A stretch of DNA of 64,000 bases from the human T2T-CHM13v2.0 reference genome, Homo sapiens. Position 1 is the stretch's first letter, and every line of letters starts with the position of its first letter. The position numbers and the translations under genes were made by a program. The notes beneath the pieces were generated by a model, which did no database searches, had not been told where the DNA came from, and was given only the letters and a program-made list of their open reading frames with translations. Location: the NCBI RefSeq assembly GCF_009914755.1, contig NC_060930.1. One strand, 5' to 3'. Below are positions 26,789-42,714 of this stretch, piece after piece.

Positions 26789-28043
26789 CTAGGGGGAAAA
26801 AAAGTAGATGTCTGCTTATAGATTATCATGATTCACATAAAAATAAATTCTAGAGATGCAACATAAGTGTGATCATCTCCAAGTTAGTCACTTTTCCTTG
26901 CATTAACTTTATAATGGGGAATTATTTTATCATAATAAAATCAAGGAAAAGAGATACACCAGAAATGAAGAGGCAAAGCTTTTTAACATCTTTTTTTCTT
27001 TCCAAATCTTTTATTTACTTGAACAATTCCTTCATAATAAAAAACAATGTCAAACAATTTAGAGATTGAGAAAAAAGGAACAACAAACATTTGAAATGAA
27101 GATCTCATCCACCTATTATTAACTTAGATGATACAAGGTAATAAAATGTATTAATTTAAATTTTCCTATAGAATTCTATGTTTAGAAATTAACATTAGCA
27201 AGGAGAGAACAGTTTGTTCCTGAAATGGTTTAGTTTCCTTTTTATTCAATCAACAGCTTTTTACAGTTGAAAGAAAGACAAATTTATTCATCCTTTTATC
27301 TTCAATAAGGTACAAGAAAGCATCTTGCACATAGCAGACACTAAATAAATAATCAGTGTCTAGCTATTACTTTCTGTTTAAAGGCTAATGATGAGGAAGC
27401 TGTTAACTTCTACTTATGAGAACCAAAAAGCTTGCTGTGCTTTCCAATGCTTTAACAGCTTATCAGAGTTCAATGCATAATTTTTCTGTCTTAAGTTGTA
27501 AACTCATATAATACAGACATTATCAACAGCTCTATAAAGTGCCTACTGAAACTGAAAATGTGCACTTACTAAAACCATTTAAATGATGAAAATGATGTAT
27601 AATGACTACCTACCATCATTCCCAATCCATAAATTTACTTTTCCAGAAATTACTCTAAATAAAGGTTATTTTTCTTACTCATGTTTAATGGTTGTCATGG
27701 ACAACTTTTTTAGTTCCCCTTTTAAGTTTTCTGGTCACCACTTGTCACCTAGACTTCAGAGCACAGGCTCTGGTTCAGGATGCCTACCTACATCCGTTCG
27801 TTAGTGGTGTGAACATAAGTAAATTATGCTCTAACCCTTGGTTTTCCAATCTGTAAAACAGAAGACCTAAATGTCTATACCCCAAAGGATTATTGTGAGG
27901 ATTAAATAAGAAACACATAAAAACTAAGCATCAGAAGTTTCAATTCGTGGTGATTAATATCAATACTAGAGCTTTCCCACCATCACTTTTGGTAGCACTC
28001 TTCAAGTTAACAACTATTAGGGGGTTTTAAAAAAAAGGTGATC

Positions 28044-28351
<308 letters not shown>

Positions 28352-28451
28352 TCAAGCCAACCCACTTCTGCTCAACTCCATTTTCTTTTCCAGAAGCAAT
28401 CTAAAACTTACAGAGGTTTCACTTTATCTTTGAAAGAATTCTTTAGTCTAA

Positions 28452-28793
<342 letters not shown>

Positions 28794-29224
28794 GAAGCTT
28801 TTATTAAAAAAAAAAAAAAAAGTTTTCCTATGAACAGAGGTTTTAATTTGCATATTTTCAAGGGTTTGATTTGTATCACCTATGATCATTTTTCTGTATG
28901 TTTAGAACAGCCACTTCTACTTTTGCTATATTTTTAGAAGCTTTTCTTCCCCAAAGTTTTGATGGAAGCTACTATTCAAGTAATATAATGTTTGGGACAC
29001 TTAGGCTGAGAAAAATAGAAAAAAGATGTGAAATTGGGAAAAACAGAGCAGAATAAAAATACAGTAAAGAAGGTGATGGTAAGTTAAGGAAGTTAGAGGC
29101 TATTTATTAAAGCGCTTTAATTAAGTCTGGAGTTGAGAAACTTGATTTAGTTACAGAGGATGACTACTGGATGAGGGCACAGGTGGAACACCAAATGGTT
29201 AGTCTTTTTAAAAGACAATTTACT

Positions 29225-29561
<337 letters not shown>

Positions 29562-29832
29562 TTAACAAAACGTACATGCACATCCCTCTGACCCAGCAAT
29601 TCCACCGCAGGGTCCTAAACCATGAATGTGAATATTCATACCATAATTCAAAAATTGGCAGCATATTTTGTAACAGTAAACATCTGGTTTCAGTGACATT
29701 AAATTAAAGGCAAGTTAAATAAGTTAGAGTGAACCATACAGTTGATTCCTATTCAGCCATTAAAATGAATAAGGTAGACTGCTACATACTGGCATGTATT
29801 ACCGTACAAACTGCATTAAGCGAAAAAAAGGG

Positions 29833-30723
<891 letters not shown>

Positions 30724-31671
30724 AAACACTTGTTTTAAAACTAGGAAATACTTAAACTTTTATATATGTTTCAGCACATAGCACAATGCTTGATAAGGAG
30801 TTTCATTAACTATTGTTTAATTAAACAGTAAGATTACTAGTGATTTTATGGCAAGGATTTAGGAACACTACTCTTTCTTCCTTCATCTTCACCATAGTAT
30901 CTTCACTACTAACAAATCCAACAAATGCAAAATCTAGAAAACAGAAGGAATACACAGGCACAACACACAGTAATCAATGGATACATATTTTAAATTTCAC
31001 TATGGTTTAACAAAATAACATAACGTTGTACCATTAAAAATGACATTTACAAGTTGGTTTAAAAATGATTTGGAAAATGTTGATAATTTAAGGATGGGCA
31101 TTTGCTACCCTCTTCTTTACCACTGTTTGAAAGCTTTCATTTAATAAGTTAAAGATGACATACAATAATACTTTTTATAGAGGGTCTGCATTAAATTTTC
31201 ATGTTTTTGTCTTGGCTCAAACAAAAATCTTCTTTAGGGGAGAGAAAACATTTTATAATAATTTAAATTCTCCATAATGTTTTGTCCATGTTAAGTGGTT
31301 AAATATTTATAATTCACTGAAATGTTAGCAAGTAAATACATTAATGTTCAACCATGAAAATGACATTCCAATATTGCTACTGTGATTTTATAATATCAAA
31401 AATTGATTCCAATTTATTCACTCTTCCTTTAGACTTAATTTTAAAGCTTGTTAGGCTTGGGTTTTCAAGTTTGGAGAAATTTGATTAATGACGGGCAAGG
31501 CTGCAAGACTTTCCTAACAGTATTTCCCTTCATGTGGTAAAGTGAACTGCTATTTCCTTGGAAAACAAATGGGGTCTGGGAAGAACAGAAAGATGAATAA
31601 CCAAGGTTTGTATCAGATCATCAAAGCCACCACACACTGCCGCAAAAAAATCAAGTGATAGCTATCACCAG

Positions 31672-32120
31672 TGTTATGGAATGAATTGTGTCCCCATCCA
31701 ACAGATACACTGAAGTCCTAACTCCTGATACTTGTGAGTATCAAGTGATACTTGTGAGTATGTCCTTATTTGTAAATAGGGTCTTTGCAGATGTATTCAA
31801 ATTACAGTGAGTTCATATTTGATTAGGAGGGACCTTATTAAAAAGGAGACATAAGACACTTACAGGGAGAATGTAACATGACCACAGTGGTACAGATTGG
31901 GAGTAGATGGCTCTATAAGCCAAGGAACATCAAGGATTGACAAGAACTACCAAAAGCTAGGAAGAGACAAGAATCCCCTACAAAGCCATTAGAGAGCATG
32001 CCCTACCAAAACCTCAATTTTACACTGTTAGCCTTCAGAACTGTGGAAGAATAAATTTCTGTTGTTTGAAATCAGCCAGTTTGTGGTAATTTGCTACAAT
32101 ATCCCTAGAAAACTAATACA
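31672..32120 (+). mobile_element. MLT1-type (MaLR) solo LTR
   Basis: TGTTATGG...GAATTGTGTCCCC start; CAGAACTGT...AATAAATTTCTGTTGTTT...AACTAATACA end. Confidence 0.85.
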
Positions 32121-32221
32121 ACCAGAAATGGCCATCATCTATTTTATCCTTTTCTTAAATGGATCTATATTAGAACTTCATCGCTTTGAGGTCCTAAAAC
32201 AACTTGTTTAAATGACAATCA

Positions 32222-32518
<297 letters not shown>

Positions 32519-32938
32519 TGACAATCATTAATATTTACAAAAGTCACTCAGAGACTGTGACAGAGATGGATGAGAATTAAAATGTGGTATTTTAAAGTCC
32601 TTGAGCATCAACTACAAAATCAAAGAGCTACAGAAACACATCTATCATTTGATGCATAGGATGAAATATTTCTCAAATCAACCACAAAGCTGAGAAGCCA
32701 GAAAATACAACAATCCTCTTCACCCCTGACATTTCAGTCTTACATGAGTTGACTGACCTCAAAGTCAAAAAAGAATTTATTTGTTTAATTCAGATTAGGT
32801 GGAAATGGCACTGGTAAAAATTAATCTTGTAATCATTCGAAATACGGAAAACAGAAATTTTGCTACTTTATGTGACATGCATTTTAGTATATACTGAAAT
32901 ACTTGCAGCTTGTAGCTCAAAAGACTATTTTAAAAGTG

Positions 32939-33243
32939 GAGGACAAGCATGGCGGCTCATGCCTGTAAACCCAGCACTTTGGCAGGCCAAGGTGGGTGCA
33001 TCACTTGAGGCCAGGAATTCGAGACCAGCCTGGCCAACATGGCGAAACCTCCACTCTACTGAAAATACAGAAATTAGCTGGGCATGGTGGCATATACCTG
33101 TAGTCCCAGCTACTTAGCAGGCTGAGGCAGGAGAATCACTTGAACCCGGGAGGCGGGGGTTGCAATGAGCCAAGATTGTGCCACCACTGCACTCCGGTCT
33201 GGGAAACAGAGTGACACTCTGTCTCAAAAAAAAAAAAAAAAAA
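32939..33243 (+). mobile_element. AluS
   Basis: Alu consensus with poly-A. Confidence 0.9.
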
Positions 33244-33279
33244 CTGGAGAATTGGAGAGTCGGTTATAAATACCCCCCC

Positions 33280-34745
33280 AATAATAATTTAAAAATAAAT
33301 GTAGCGAGAGCGCCCAAAATGACACCCTAGTAGCAACAAGCACACCTAGGCACGAGAACTTGGTTTTAATACCATTCTTCAATAAAAGGAATCAGAGGTC
33401 TTTAAAGAAATAGCTGACTCTAGGACTGCGACAGGAAATATAAAAGATGAGTCTGGGGCATGTATACTGCCAGGAAGTAATAAAGTGCTAAAAAAAAAAA
33501 AATTGATAGGAACATGTCAAAGGAGAACAGTAGACAACTCGAAGAGCTGCCAATGGCCAAAGCTGGTACAATTTGAGCAACAAAATAAAGAAGTACTGGA
33601 TTATAATATAAGTTATGTAATAAACATCCACAAGCCCATAAGGATATGATAAAATAAACTAACAAATAAATGTGAGGGAAGACACAAATCTCCCACAGAG
33701 AATTCCAAATAAATTATGTAAATATTCCACCCTAACTGAGGAAGAGCACAACTGTCCATTCAGTAAGCGTGGGCTCTGCAAAGTGACTTCCTTCCAAAGA
33801 GAACAGTATAAAAAGGGGTGGGGGAAGTAACTTTACAGTGGATAAATCTAACAAACGCTACTCCAGAAGGATGATCAAGGTCAGTAATAATGTGATAAGT
33901 CACCTTGATAGTATGTATCCTTGATAGCATGTGTTGAAAAGGGCATCTTACCTCTGTGATCTTCCCCTGATATAGTCCGTAAGGCCATTTTAATCATGAG
34001 AAAATCGTCTGGCAAATTCCAATAGCAGGGCACCCTACAATATACCTGACCATACTCCTCAAAAAATGTCAAGGTCACTGTATTAGTTTGGTATGCTTGC
34101 CATAACAAAGTACCAAAGACTGGGTGGCTTAAGCAACAGAAATTTATTTCCTCACTGTTCTGGAGGCGTATAGTGTAAGCTCTATGGGGTTGATTTCATT
34201 CTAAGGCCTCTCTCCTTGGCTTGTGGATGGTTGTCTTCTCCCTATGTCTTCACATGATCATCCCTCTGTATCCTACTCTCTTCTTACAAGGACAGCAATT
34301 ATTAATATATTGGGCTAAGGTCCACCCTAGTGACCTCATCTTCTTTAAAGACCCTCTCTCCAAATACAGTCACGTTCTGGGGTACTGAGGTTAGGACTTC
34401 AAGATACGAATTTTAGAGGGGCACAAGTCAGCCCTTAACAGTCATCAAAAACTAGTTAAGCCTGAGAAACTGTCACAGCCAAGAATATACAGCCTAAGAA
34501 TATACAACAACTAAATGTAATGTGATATCCTAGCTGGCATCCTGGAACAGAAAAAGGACTTTAGGTAAAATGTGAGGAAGTAGGAATAAACTATGGACCT
34601 TAGTTAATAATTTATCATTATTGGTTCATTAGTTGCAACAAATGTACCATACTAACATCTATTAATAAGAAGATAAACTGTGTGTGTAGTGGGGACGTCG
34701 TATGTGCTCAACGTAAACAAAAACTGTTCTAAAACATAAAGTCTA
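33280..34745 (+). mobile_element. Old L1M 3' region interrupted by an MLT1 LTR (34079-34440, minus)
   Basis: L1MD/MC-like 3'UTR motifs; LTR TG...CA with GTCAC/GTCAT flanks. Confidence 0.7.
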
Positions 34746-35139
34746 TTAGTAAGTTAAAAAAAAAAACTCTCAAGAACATCTTTAAAGAACTGTTTTCTCT
34801 ATAAGCCCTTTGCCACTTTACAAAAAAATTCCACAAGTAAAATCTTTAGTAGTCTGGTTGCTGTTGTTTTCGCCCTGCTGCACTCAAATGAGGAATTCTA
34901 AGTTTATTTTGTTTTACTTGGGGGCAGGGGGAAGTAAAAAGATGTAAAAGATTAATGTTGAATTAAAATCTTAAGCTAGAATGTTAATTTAACAACCCAC
35001 AAACAAATTTGTCTAATGCTCAATTTGTTCAGATGACGATACTATCCACCACAGGGTAAAAAACTGAAATATTGGATACTACCTTTAGCGAAGCTTAACA
35101 CATAATATCCATCATTGGGTAAGAACACACGAAAAACAC

Positions 35140-36480
35140 AAACTAAGGAACTGCGCCTGCGTAGTCAGAGCCTCAAAGGGTATAAGCTCCAGGTCGCGAG
35201 CCCCCGCCTCCTCCGCCCCCATGAACCCCCTTCCCACAAGGGGGTTCCCACTGCGCACGCGCAGTGTTTAACGGCCGGTCAGGAACCCAACAATTAGTCC
35301 CTTCTCGTCCGAGAGGAAACTCTGTGAGAAGATGGGACCGTGAGCACTCTCTTTAACAAGGACATTTCCTTTTCAGCGAAAGCAGCGCTCTGATTTACCA
35401 AGTCTGGCGGACCGCAGCGCTTTAAAGGAATGAGGTTCCAGCGGTCGCGCCAAGCAGCGTACGCAGCCTATTTTAAGTTATGCTACCTTCGCCACAGAAA
35501 CCAAGAACGTTGTAATGGTCCGGCAAGTGCCCACGTGTAATTGTTCTCCATCACTTACCCACTCTAGTTCGGGAACACCCTTGTCGCCGCCGTTCCGGTA
35601 ACACCTCTCCAACGCTTTCGATGCTTCTACTTCTTCGGGAACAAGACAAGATGGCGCCCGATTTGTCTCACCCGGAAGTAAAGAATAATAACATCCGTTT
35701 GTCATCTGAAGCCATACCGTCTCTCATCCAGGTTTGTGAACACGTGATTGTGCGGATTGACATGTTTCGGCGCCATTTTTTTTGTGGGCAAAACCATCTC
35801 TACTCTGGTCAACACCGGGCAACTGAACCATTCCTGCACGTTACTTTTTAACGTAGCTGGCGCCATTCCCGACCCATCTTTATAGTGGCCAGAAAGCCAA
35901 GAACGTAAGTGTTCTACACATAGGGCGCCTTCAAATTTTTTACTTTAGCAACGTGATCTTCCTTTAAGGGGAAGTATGTTCCCTCCTAGAAACACTCCCG
36001 CCTTGGAGAAGGGGTTGAGTTCGCAACTCCACTTACAGACTACGGAGGAACCCCAGGGTCAAACCAAACCAAACCAATTCTGGCCAGTTGCTTAGCGCAG
36101 TTCAAGTTACTTAGTGCGCTGGAAGCGGCATTTCAGGCAATCCAACTTCTGGCTCGAACCTTCTCGGAGTATTCCAAGGATGGAATACTCTCACTTGAGC
36201 GCTGCCGAGGGTGCCGCTTGAGGAAAACGTGAGTTTGTGAAGGTGAGCAGTCTGGGTCGGTAGCGAAAGCGGAGACCTTAGCTGACCCCGCAGCTGTCTT
36301 TCTCTTTGTTAACCTCAACACATCGCGCCCCCTTCCGGGAACACTTGCTCTTCTCTCCTTGGCTTAACTAGTCCCGGTTTTTCATTCTTTATCCGTGACC
36401 TTTAGGGAACCGTGGGGGGGAAGTCTGGTTTCCGTCCTGCTGCTTTCCTTCAACTACAAGATGGCTTCTCAAAAGGACGC
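35140..36480. promoter_or_regulatory. PNISR CpG-island, probably bidirectional promoter
   Basis: YY1 motifs (35648-35656 AAGATGGCG, 35771-35779 CGCCATTTT, ~36457), ETS CCGGAAGT 35672-35679, E-boxes CACGTG 35532 and 35741, NRF1-like TGCGCACGCGCA 35252-35263. Confidence 0.85.
35559..35660 (-). other. PNISR: PNISR non-coding exon 1 (TSS approximate)
   Basis: Inside the CpG island; donor TGG|GTAAGT at 35558; YY1-type CGCCATCTT at the 5' edge. Confidence 0.8.
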
Positions 36481-37111
36481 ATGCAATGCCATTCCTCAAA
36501 GACAGTATGTTGATTTCACAGTGTTTTTATATGAACAACGTTCAAGTGTCAAAAGTATCAATTTCCAGGCTAGGAGCTACAAGTTAAAAGGAAAACAAAA
36601 ATGTTCCAAAGATACAGTGTTTATTAGCTACATCTTGGGAAGTGCCTTTCCAGAGAGTAACATGAAAACTTCTGCGTGACAAAGTGCACGAAGTATCTGA
36701 ATTATTTCATTGGGCAATTGTCGTGCAAAAGAAATAGCAAATTACCGTAGAAACAAAATAGTAAGAGCACAGCTAGATGGATAAAGATACAGATGTGAAA
36801 ATATAGATGCCCTTTGCATGAAAATTCAGTTTTCCTCAGCACTAGAGACCCAGATACTCCTGAATTAGCATTATAATAAAGTCGTCACTAGCTAACCATC
36901 TGCCTTTCCTCCAATCCACGGACGTGGTCCTCAAAATAACATTTTATCTTGTGAGAAACCTTCATTAATTACACCTAACAACACCATGACGCAGGTTCAT
37001 GAGGATACTACTGAAGGCAAAAGGAAATCCCTATTTCTCTGACCCTTTCCCTAATTTCCACTTAGCACAAATAAGACTACTGGACAGTCTGATTTTAAAA
37101 AATCACTGTAT

Positions 37112-37412
37112 GGGCCGGGCTTGGTGGCTCCCGCCTGTAATCCCAGCACTTTGGGAGGCCGAGGCGGGCAGATCACTTGAGGTCAGGAGTTCAAGACCAG
37201 CCTGGCCAACATGGTGAAACCCCGTCTCTACTAAAAATACAAAAATTACCTGGGCGTGGTGGCAGGCGCCTGTAATCCTAGCTACTAGGGGGGCTGAGGC
37301 AGGAGAATTGCTTGAACTCAGGGTCAGAGGTCGCAGTGAGCCGAGATCCCTCCACTGCACTCCAGCCTGGGCAACAGAGTGAGTCTCTGTCTCAAAAGAA
37401 TAAAATAAATAA
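37112..37412 (+). mobile_element. AluS
   Basis: TSD AAAA(T/C)CACTGTATGG. Confidence 0.9.
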
Positions 37413-38258
37413 AAACCACTGTATGGAGCAAAAACTAGAAGGACATATACCACATGTTATCAGTAATCTCTAATTTTGCTCTGTGATTTTGTGCATTTTC
37501 CAAGTTTTTTGCATCAGGTCTGATTTTCAAGTTTAATTCTCTGAGAAACATTCTCATCAGAGGAATGTTCTATCTTCTTAGAGAAACCTGATTGGCCTAG
37601 TGAAACTGTCATGTTCCTACTCTCTATAATCATATTGTAATTCTTTGCTTGTTTCCCTAGTAAAGGTGAGGCAATTTTCGGGTAAGGGATTTCCCCCTCA
37701 CCTCTGCCCTCCAAGTGGCCAGCATCTGCTTTGCACACAGAAATTTTTACATCTGCTATATGTTTGCATTAATATGTTCAACAATGATCCTAATGTAGGC
37801 CAGTCATTTTGGAAATGCATTGTGAAGTGGAGAGGATTATTAAATACCTCACATTTTGTTCCTTGTGCCAGTTTAATGAGACACCCTCAGCAATTGCTAT
37901 TTACCAGACCAGAAAATGAATTTTACAGTTCCAATTCCAGTTCCCTTTCTCTAACCACTCTGTTCTAAGAGTTCCCCGTAACATTATGATCTTATGGACA
38001 CATCAGGTAAGTGTATGTATTTCAACACAGAATTTTCTAAGAATGTGTGTTGTGGTGTTAAATTTCTATGTAAGCAGCTGTCACGTGCATGATCTGCTGC
38101 AGTTTGATCATCCTGCGCCTGGATCATCAAATGCTTAGCAGCCATCATTTTACCAGTCTTATCTGACAATCTGCTGTTAATGACTAACAACCAGGGGACT
38201 TTATAGGTTAAAATTTTTATTAACTTCCTCTGTTTTCAGTGTTTAAAGTAGAAAATTT

Positions 38259-38550
38259 GGCCAATGTGGCTCACGCCTGTAATGCCAATACTTTGGGAGG
38301 CCAAGGAGGGTGGATCACCTGAGGCCAGGAGTCTGAGACTAGCCTGGCCACCATGGGGAAACTGCCTACAAAAAAATACAAAAATTAGCTGGGTGTGGTG
38401 GCCCAGCTACTCAGGAGGCTGATGCATGAGAATCACTTGAACCCGGGAGGTGGAAGTTGTAGTGAGCCGAGATCGTGCCACTGCATTCCAGCCTGTGCTA
38501 CACAGCGAGACTCTGTCTCAATGAATGAATGAATGAATGAATGAATGAAT
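38259..38550 (+). mobile_element. AluS with (ATGA)n tail
   Basis: TSD AAGTAGAAAATT. Confidence 0.88.
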
Positions 38551-38759
38551 GGAGTGAAGTAGAAAATTCTAGGGGAGGACATGTCACCTTCCATTATTAC
38601 AGAAACAAATTATCCTTAAAGCAAAATGGAAATAAGCTAAGTAAGATGATATGTGGAAAATATATCGAAATAGGAACTATTGCTGTTTCTTGAGATTTGA
38701 ACCTTTATAGTGTTATTAGGTGCCATATCACATCCATCTTAAAACCTAATAAAAATTTA

Positions 38760-39130
38760 AAGCTGTGGTATATATATACAATTGAATATTATTCAGCCTT
38801 AAAAGGGAATGAAATTCTGATACATGCTACAATATGGATAAACCTTGAAAACATGCAAGATGAAATAAACCAGACACAAAAGGACATATATTGTACAATT
38901 TCACTTATATGAAGCGCCTAGAATGGGCAAATTCACACAGATGGAGAGTAGAATAGAGGTTCCCAGGAGTTGGGAGAAGGCGGGAATGAGAAGTTACTGT
39001 TTAATGGGTACAGAGTTTCCGTTTGGGATGATGAAAGAATTCTGGAAATGTGAATGCACTTAATGACCCTAATTATACACCTAAAAATGGTTAAAGTGGT
39101 AAATTTTATGTTGTATATATTTTACCACAT
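38760..39130 (+). mobile_element. L1MB 3' end
   Basis: TATTCAGCCTTAAAAGGGAATGAAATTCTGATACATGCTACA...AAATTTTATGTTGTATATATTTTACCAC. Confidence 0.8.
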
Positions 39131-39164
39131 AATACAATGGAGGATGAAAAATATTTAAAGCTAG

Positions 39165-39494
<330 letters not shown>

Positions 39495-39714
39495 TACTCT
39501 TTGATTCTTAATATAGTTACTTAAGCATTTCCTAGATAGTAGTGAATCTGGCATAATGAAATACGAGGGTATAAAATAATACTTTAGTTATTTAACAATA
39601 GATCCCATTGGGCTTTATGCAGGTATTGTCCATTTAGGCCAGGTTGGAGAAAGTAAGGTAAACTTATGTTCAATGACTGCCTGTTCGTACCTAAAATCTT
39701 TTGTGATTCAAACT

Positions 39715-40671
39715 TGTGGGGAAAAGCAAGAGAGATCAGATTGTCACTGTGTCTGTGTAGAAAGAAGTAGACATGGGAGACTCCATTTTGTTCTGTACTA
39801 AGAAAAATTCTTCTGCCTTGAGATTCTGTTAATCCATAACCTTACCCCCAACCCCGTGCTCTCTGAAACATGTGCTGTGTCAACTCAGAGTTAAATGGAT
39901 TAAGGGCGGTGCAAGATGTGCTTTGTTAAACAGATGCTTGAAGGCAGCACGCTCCTTAAGAGTCATCACCACTCCCTAATCTCAAGTACCCAGGGACACA
40001 AAAACTGCGGAAGGCCGCAGGGACCTCTGCCTAGGAAAGCCAGGTATTGTCCAAGGTTTCTCCCCATGTGATAGTCTGAAATATGGCCTCGTGGGAGGGG
40101 AAAGACCTGACCGTCCCCCAGCCCGACACCCGTAAAGGGTCTGTGCTGAGGAGGATTAGTATAAGAGGAAGGCATGCCTCTTGCAGTTGAGACAAGAGGA
40201 AGGCATCTGTCTCCTGCCCGTCCCTGGGCAATGGAATGTCTCAGTATAAAACCCGATTGTGCGTTCTATCTACTGAGATAGGGAAAAACCGCCTTAGGGC
40301 TGGAGGTGGGACATGTGGGCAGCAATACTGCTTTGTAAAGCATTGAGATGTTTACGTGTATGCATATCTAAAAGCACAGCACTTAATCCTTTACCTTGTC
40401 TATGATGCAAAGACCTTTGTTCACGTGTTTGTCTGCTGACCCTCTCCCCACAATTGTCTTGTGACCCTGACACATCCCCCTCTCGGAGAAACACCCACGA
40501 ATGATGAATAAATACTAAGGGAACTCAGAGGCTGGCGGGATCCTCCATATGCTGAATGCTGGTTCCCCGGGTCCCCTTATTTCTTTGTCTCTGTGTCTTT
40601 TTCTTTCCTAAGTCTCTCGTCCCACCTTACGAGAAACACCCACAGGTGTGGAGGGGCAACCCACCCCTTCA
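39715..40671 (+). mobile_element. Solo HERV-K(HML-2) LTR, LTR5_Hs-type
   Basis: Starts TGTGGGGAAAAGCAAGAGAGATCAG, ends CCACCCCTTCA; 957 bp; TATAAAA at 40245, AATAAA at 40507; flanks AAACT/AATCT look like a TSD with one mismatch. Confidence 0.92.
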
Positions 40672-41594
40672 AATCTATCTACAGATGAGAAGCCTACTAA
40701 AATTTTAAGAATTGTATTAAAAACACACACAAACCTTGGCTACAACAACTTGTGGCTATTCCAAATTAAGAGAAATTACAGTCCCTAGTCATCTAAGAAA
40801 TGGTCTCAAAAAAGCTGTGCAACTCCCAAAGTTGGCATATATATCCCTCAGTAGCTGTTCAGATGTAGCCAGGAAGATTAAAAAAAAAAAAAAAAAAAAA
40901 AAACAACAAAACTTTCCCAGAGGTTGGACTCTAGAGTCACGGAGAACAATATACAAGGGAATTCTTCCTAGGAGATAGAAAAGAACCCTAATCATGAATA
41001 TACCCCATACCTAGACTTAGGGATCCTAACTGTATCTCCCATTCTTCTTCCCCATTCAGAATGTTTGTTGCAGATACAGTTCCACCACTCTACATTAAGT
41101 ATGTGGAAAACAGAAGATATCCTTTTGGTTCCTGGGTCTCCAGAACAGTAGGAGCAAACATCCAAATCTGATATAGCACTTCCAGAGAGCCTGGTCTTGG
41201 AGGATAAAACTTTACCTTGATGGGACTTTTGGCCCCGGTCCCTTAAGAGTTGGGATTTGGGGTTGTACTGCAGCACAACTCAGCCTATCCTAATACATAT
41301 GGGAATGCAAACATCTCAGATATTTCTTCTTGGGTGCAATTTAAAATACGTATGAAATGGCTTCAGAAGTGTCCATGAACCTTCAAAATTACATACAAGA
41401 ATTAGGGAGATACATTTTTCTGGGAACATACAGATGTTAAGACTTCCCTTCTCCGTCTCTATATTGCCAGAAGAGAGGGCCCCAGAATTAAAACCCCATC
41501 CTTCCTACAACACTCAGCTTTCTCTTTCAGGAATATCAGTACTAATATCACCATGCCTTTTATCTCTAGGATATCTTCATCCCCTGTACCTTAA

Positions 41595-42081
<487 letters not shown>

Positions 42082-42372
42082 TAAACAAATAAAAGATAGT
42101 CTCTAACTTTCATCATAATCTCAAAGAGCTTCATGATCTGGAAGAAGTTTAGACACAAATGGGTAGGCAAAGTATTTCTTAATTGCTGGTGCAAGACCTT
42201 ACCCTTGTCTTAATAATTATCCTGTCTAAGTAATACACCTTTTAAGAAACCCCTGAAAGGAAGATGATCGTCCTTGGTAGATACTGAAATCTGAGGTAAA
42301 GTGGCCCATAAACTGTTTTGAAATAGAGAATTTCTAAAATATGTAGGGTATTTTGAATATAGCTGAGAAAGC

Positions 42373-42714
42373 TGCTATGAACTGAAGGTTTACGTCCCCT
42401 ACAACATTCACAAATCCCAAATGTGATGGTATTTGGAGATAGGGCCTTTGAGAAGTGATTAGGTCATGAGGATGGAACCCTCATGAATGGGCTGCATGGA
42501 AAAGGACCCACAGAGATGCCTTGTACTTTTCCCATGTGAGGACACAGCAAGAAAGCACTGTCTTTATGAACAGAAGTGGGCCCTCACCAGACCCCAAGTC
42601 TACTGGCACCTTGATCTTGAAGTTCCCAGCTCCCAGAACTGTGAGAAATAAATTTTTGTTAATACACCACATAGTTGATGGTATTTTATTATAGCAGCCT
42701 GAGTGGACTAAGAC
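42373..42714 (+). mobile_element. MLT1A-type solo LTR
   Basis: TGCTATG...GTCCCC start; CCAGAACTGTGAGAAATAAA...GGACTAAGACA end. Confidence 0.82.

Noticed and set aside
35568-35643. 10-bp direct repeat TTCGGGAACA as STAT sites
   Set aside because: Spacing is TTC-N2-GAA, not the canonical N3 GAS motif; two short copies are weak evidence.
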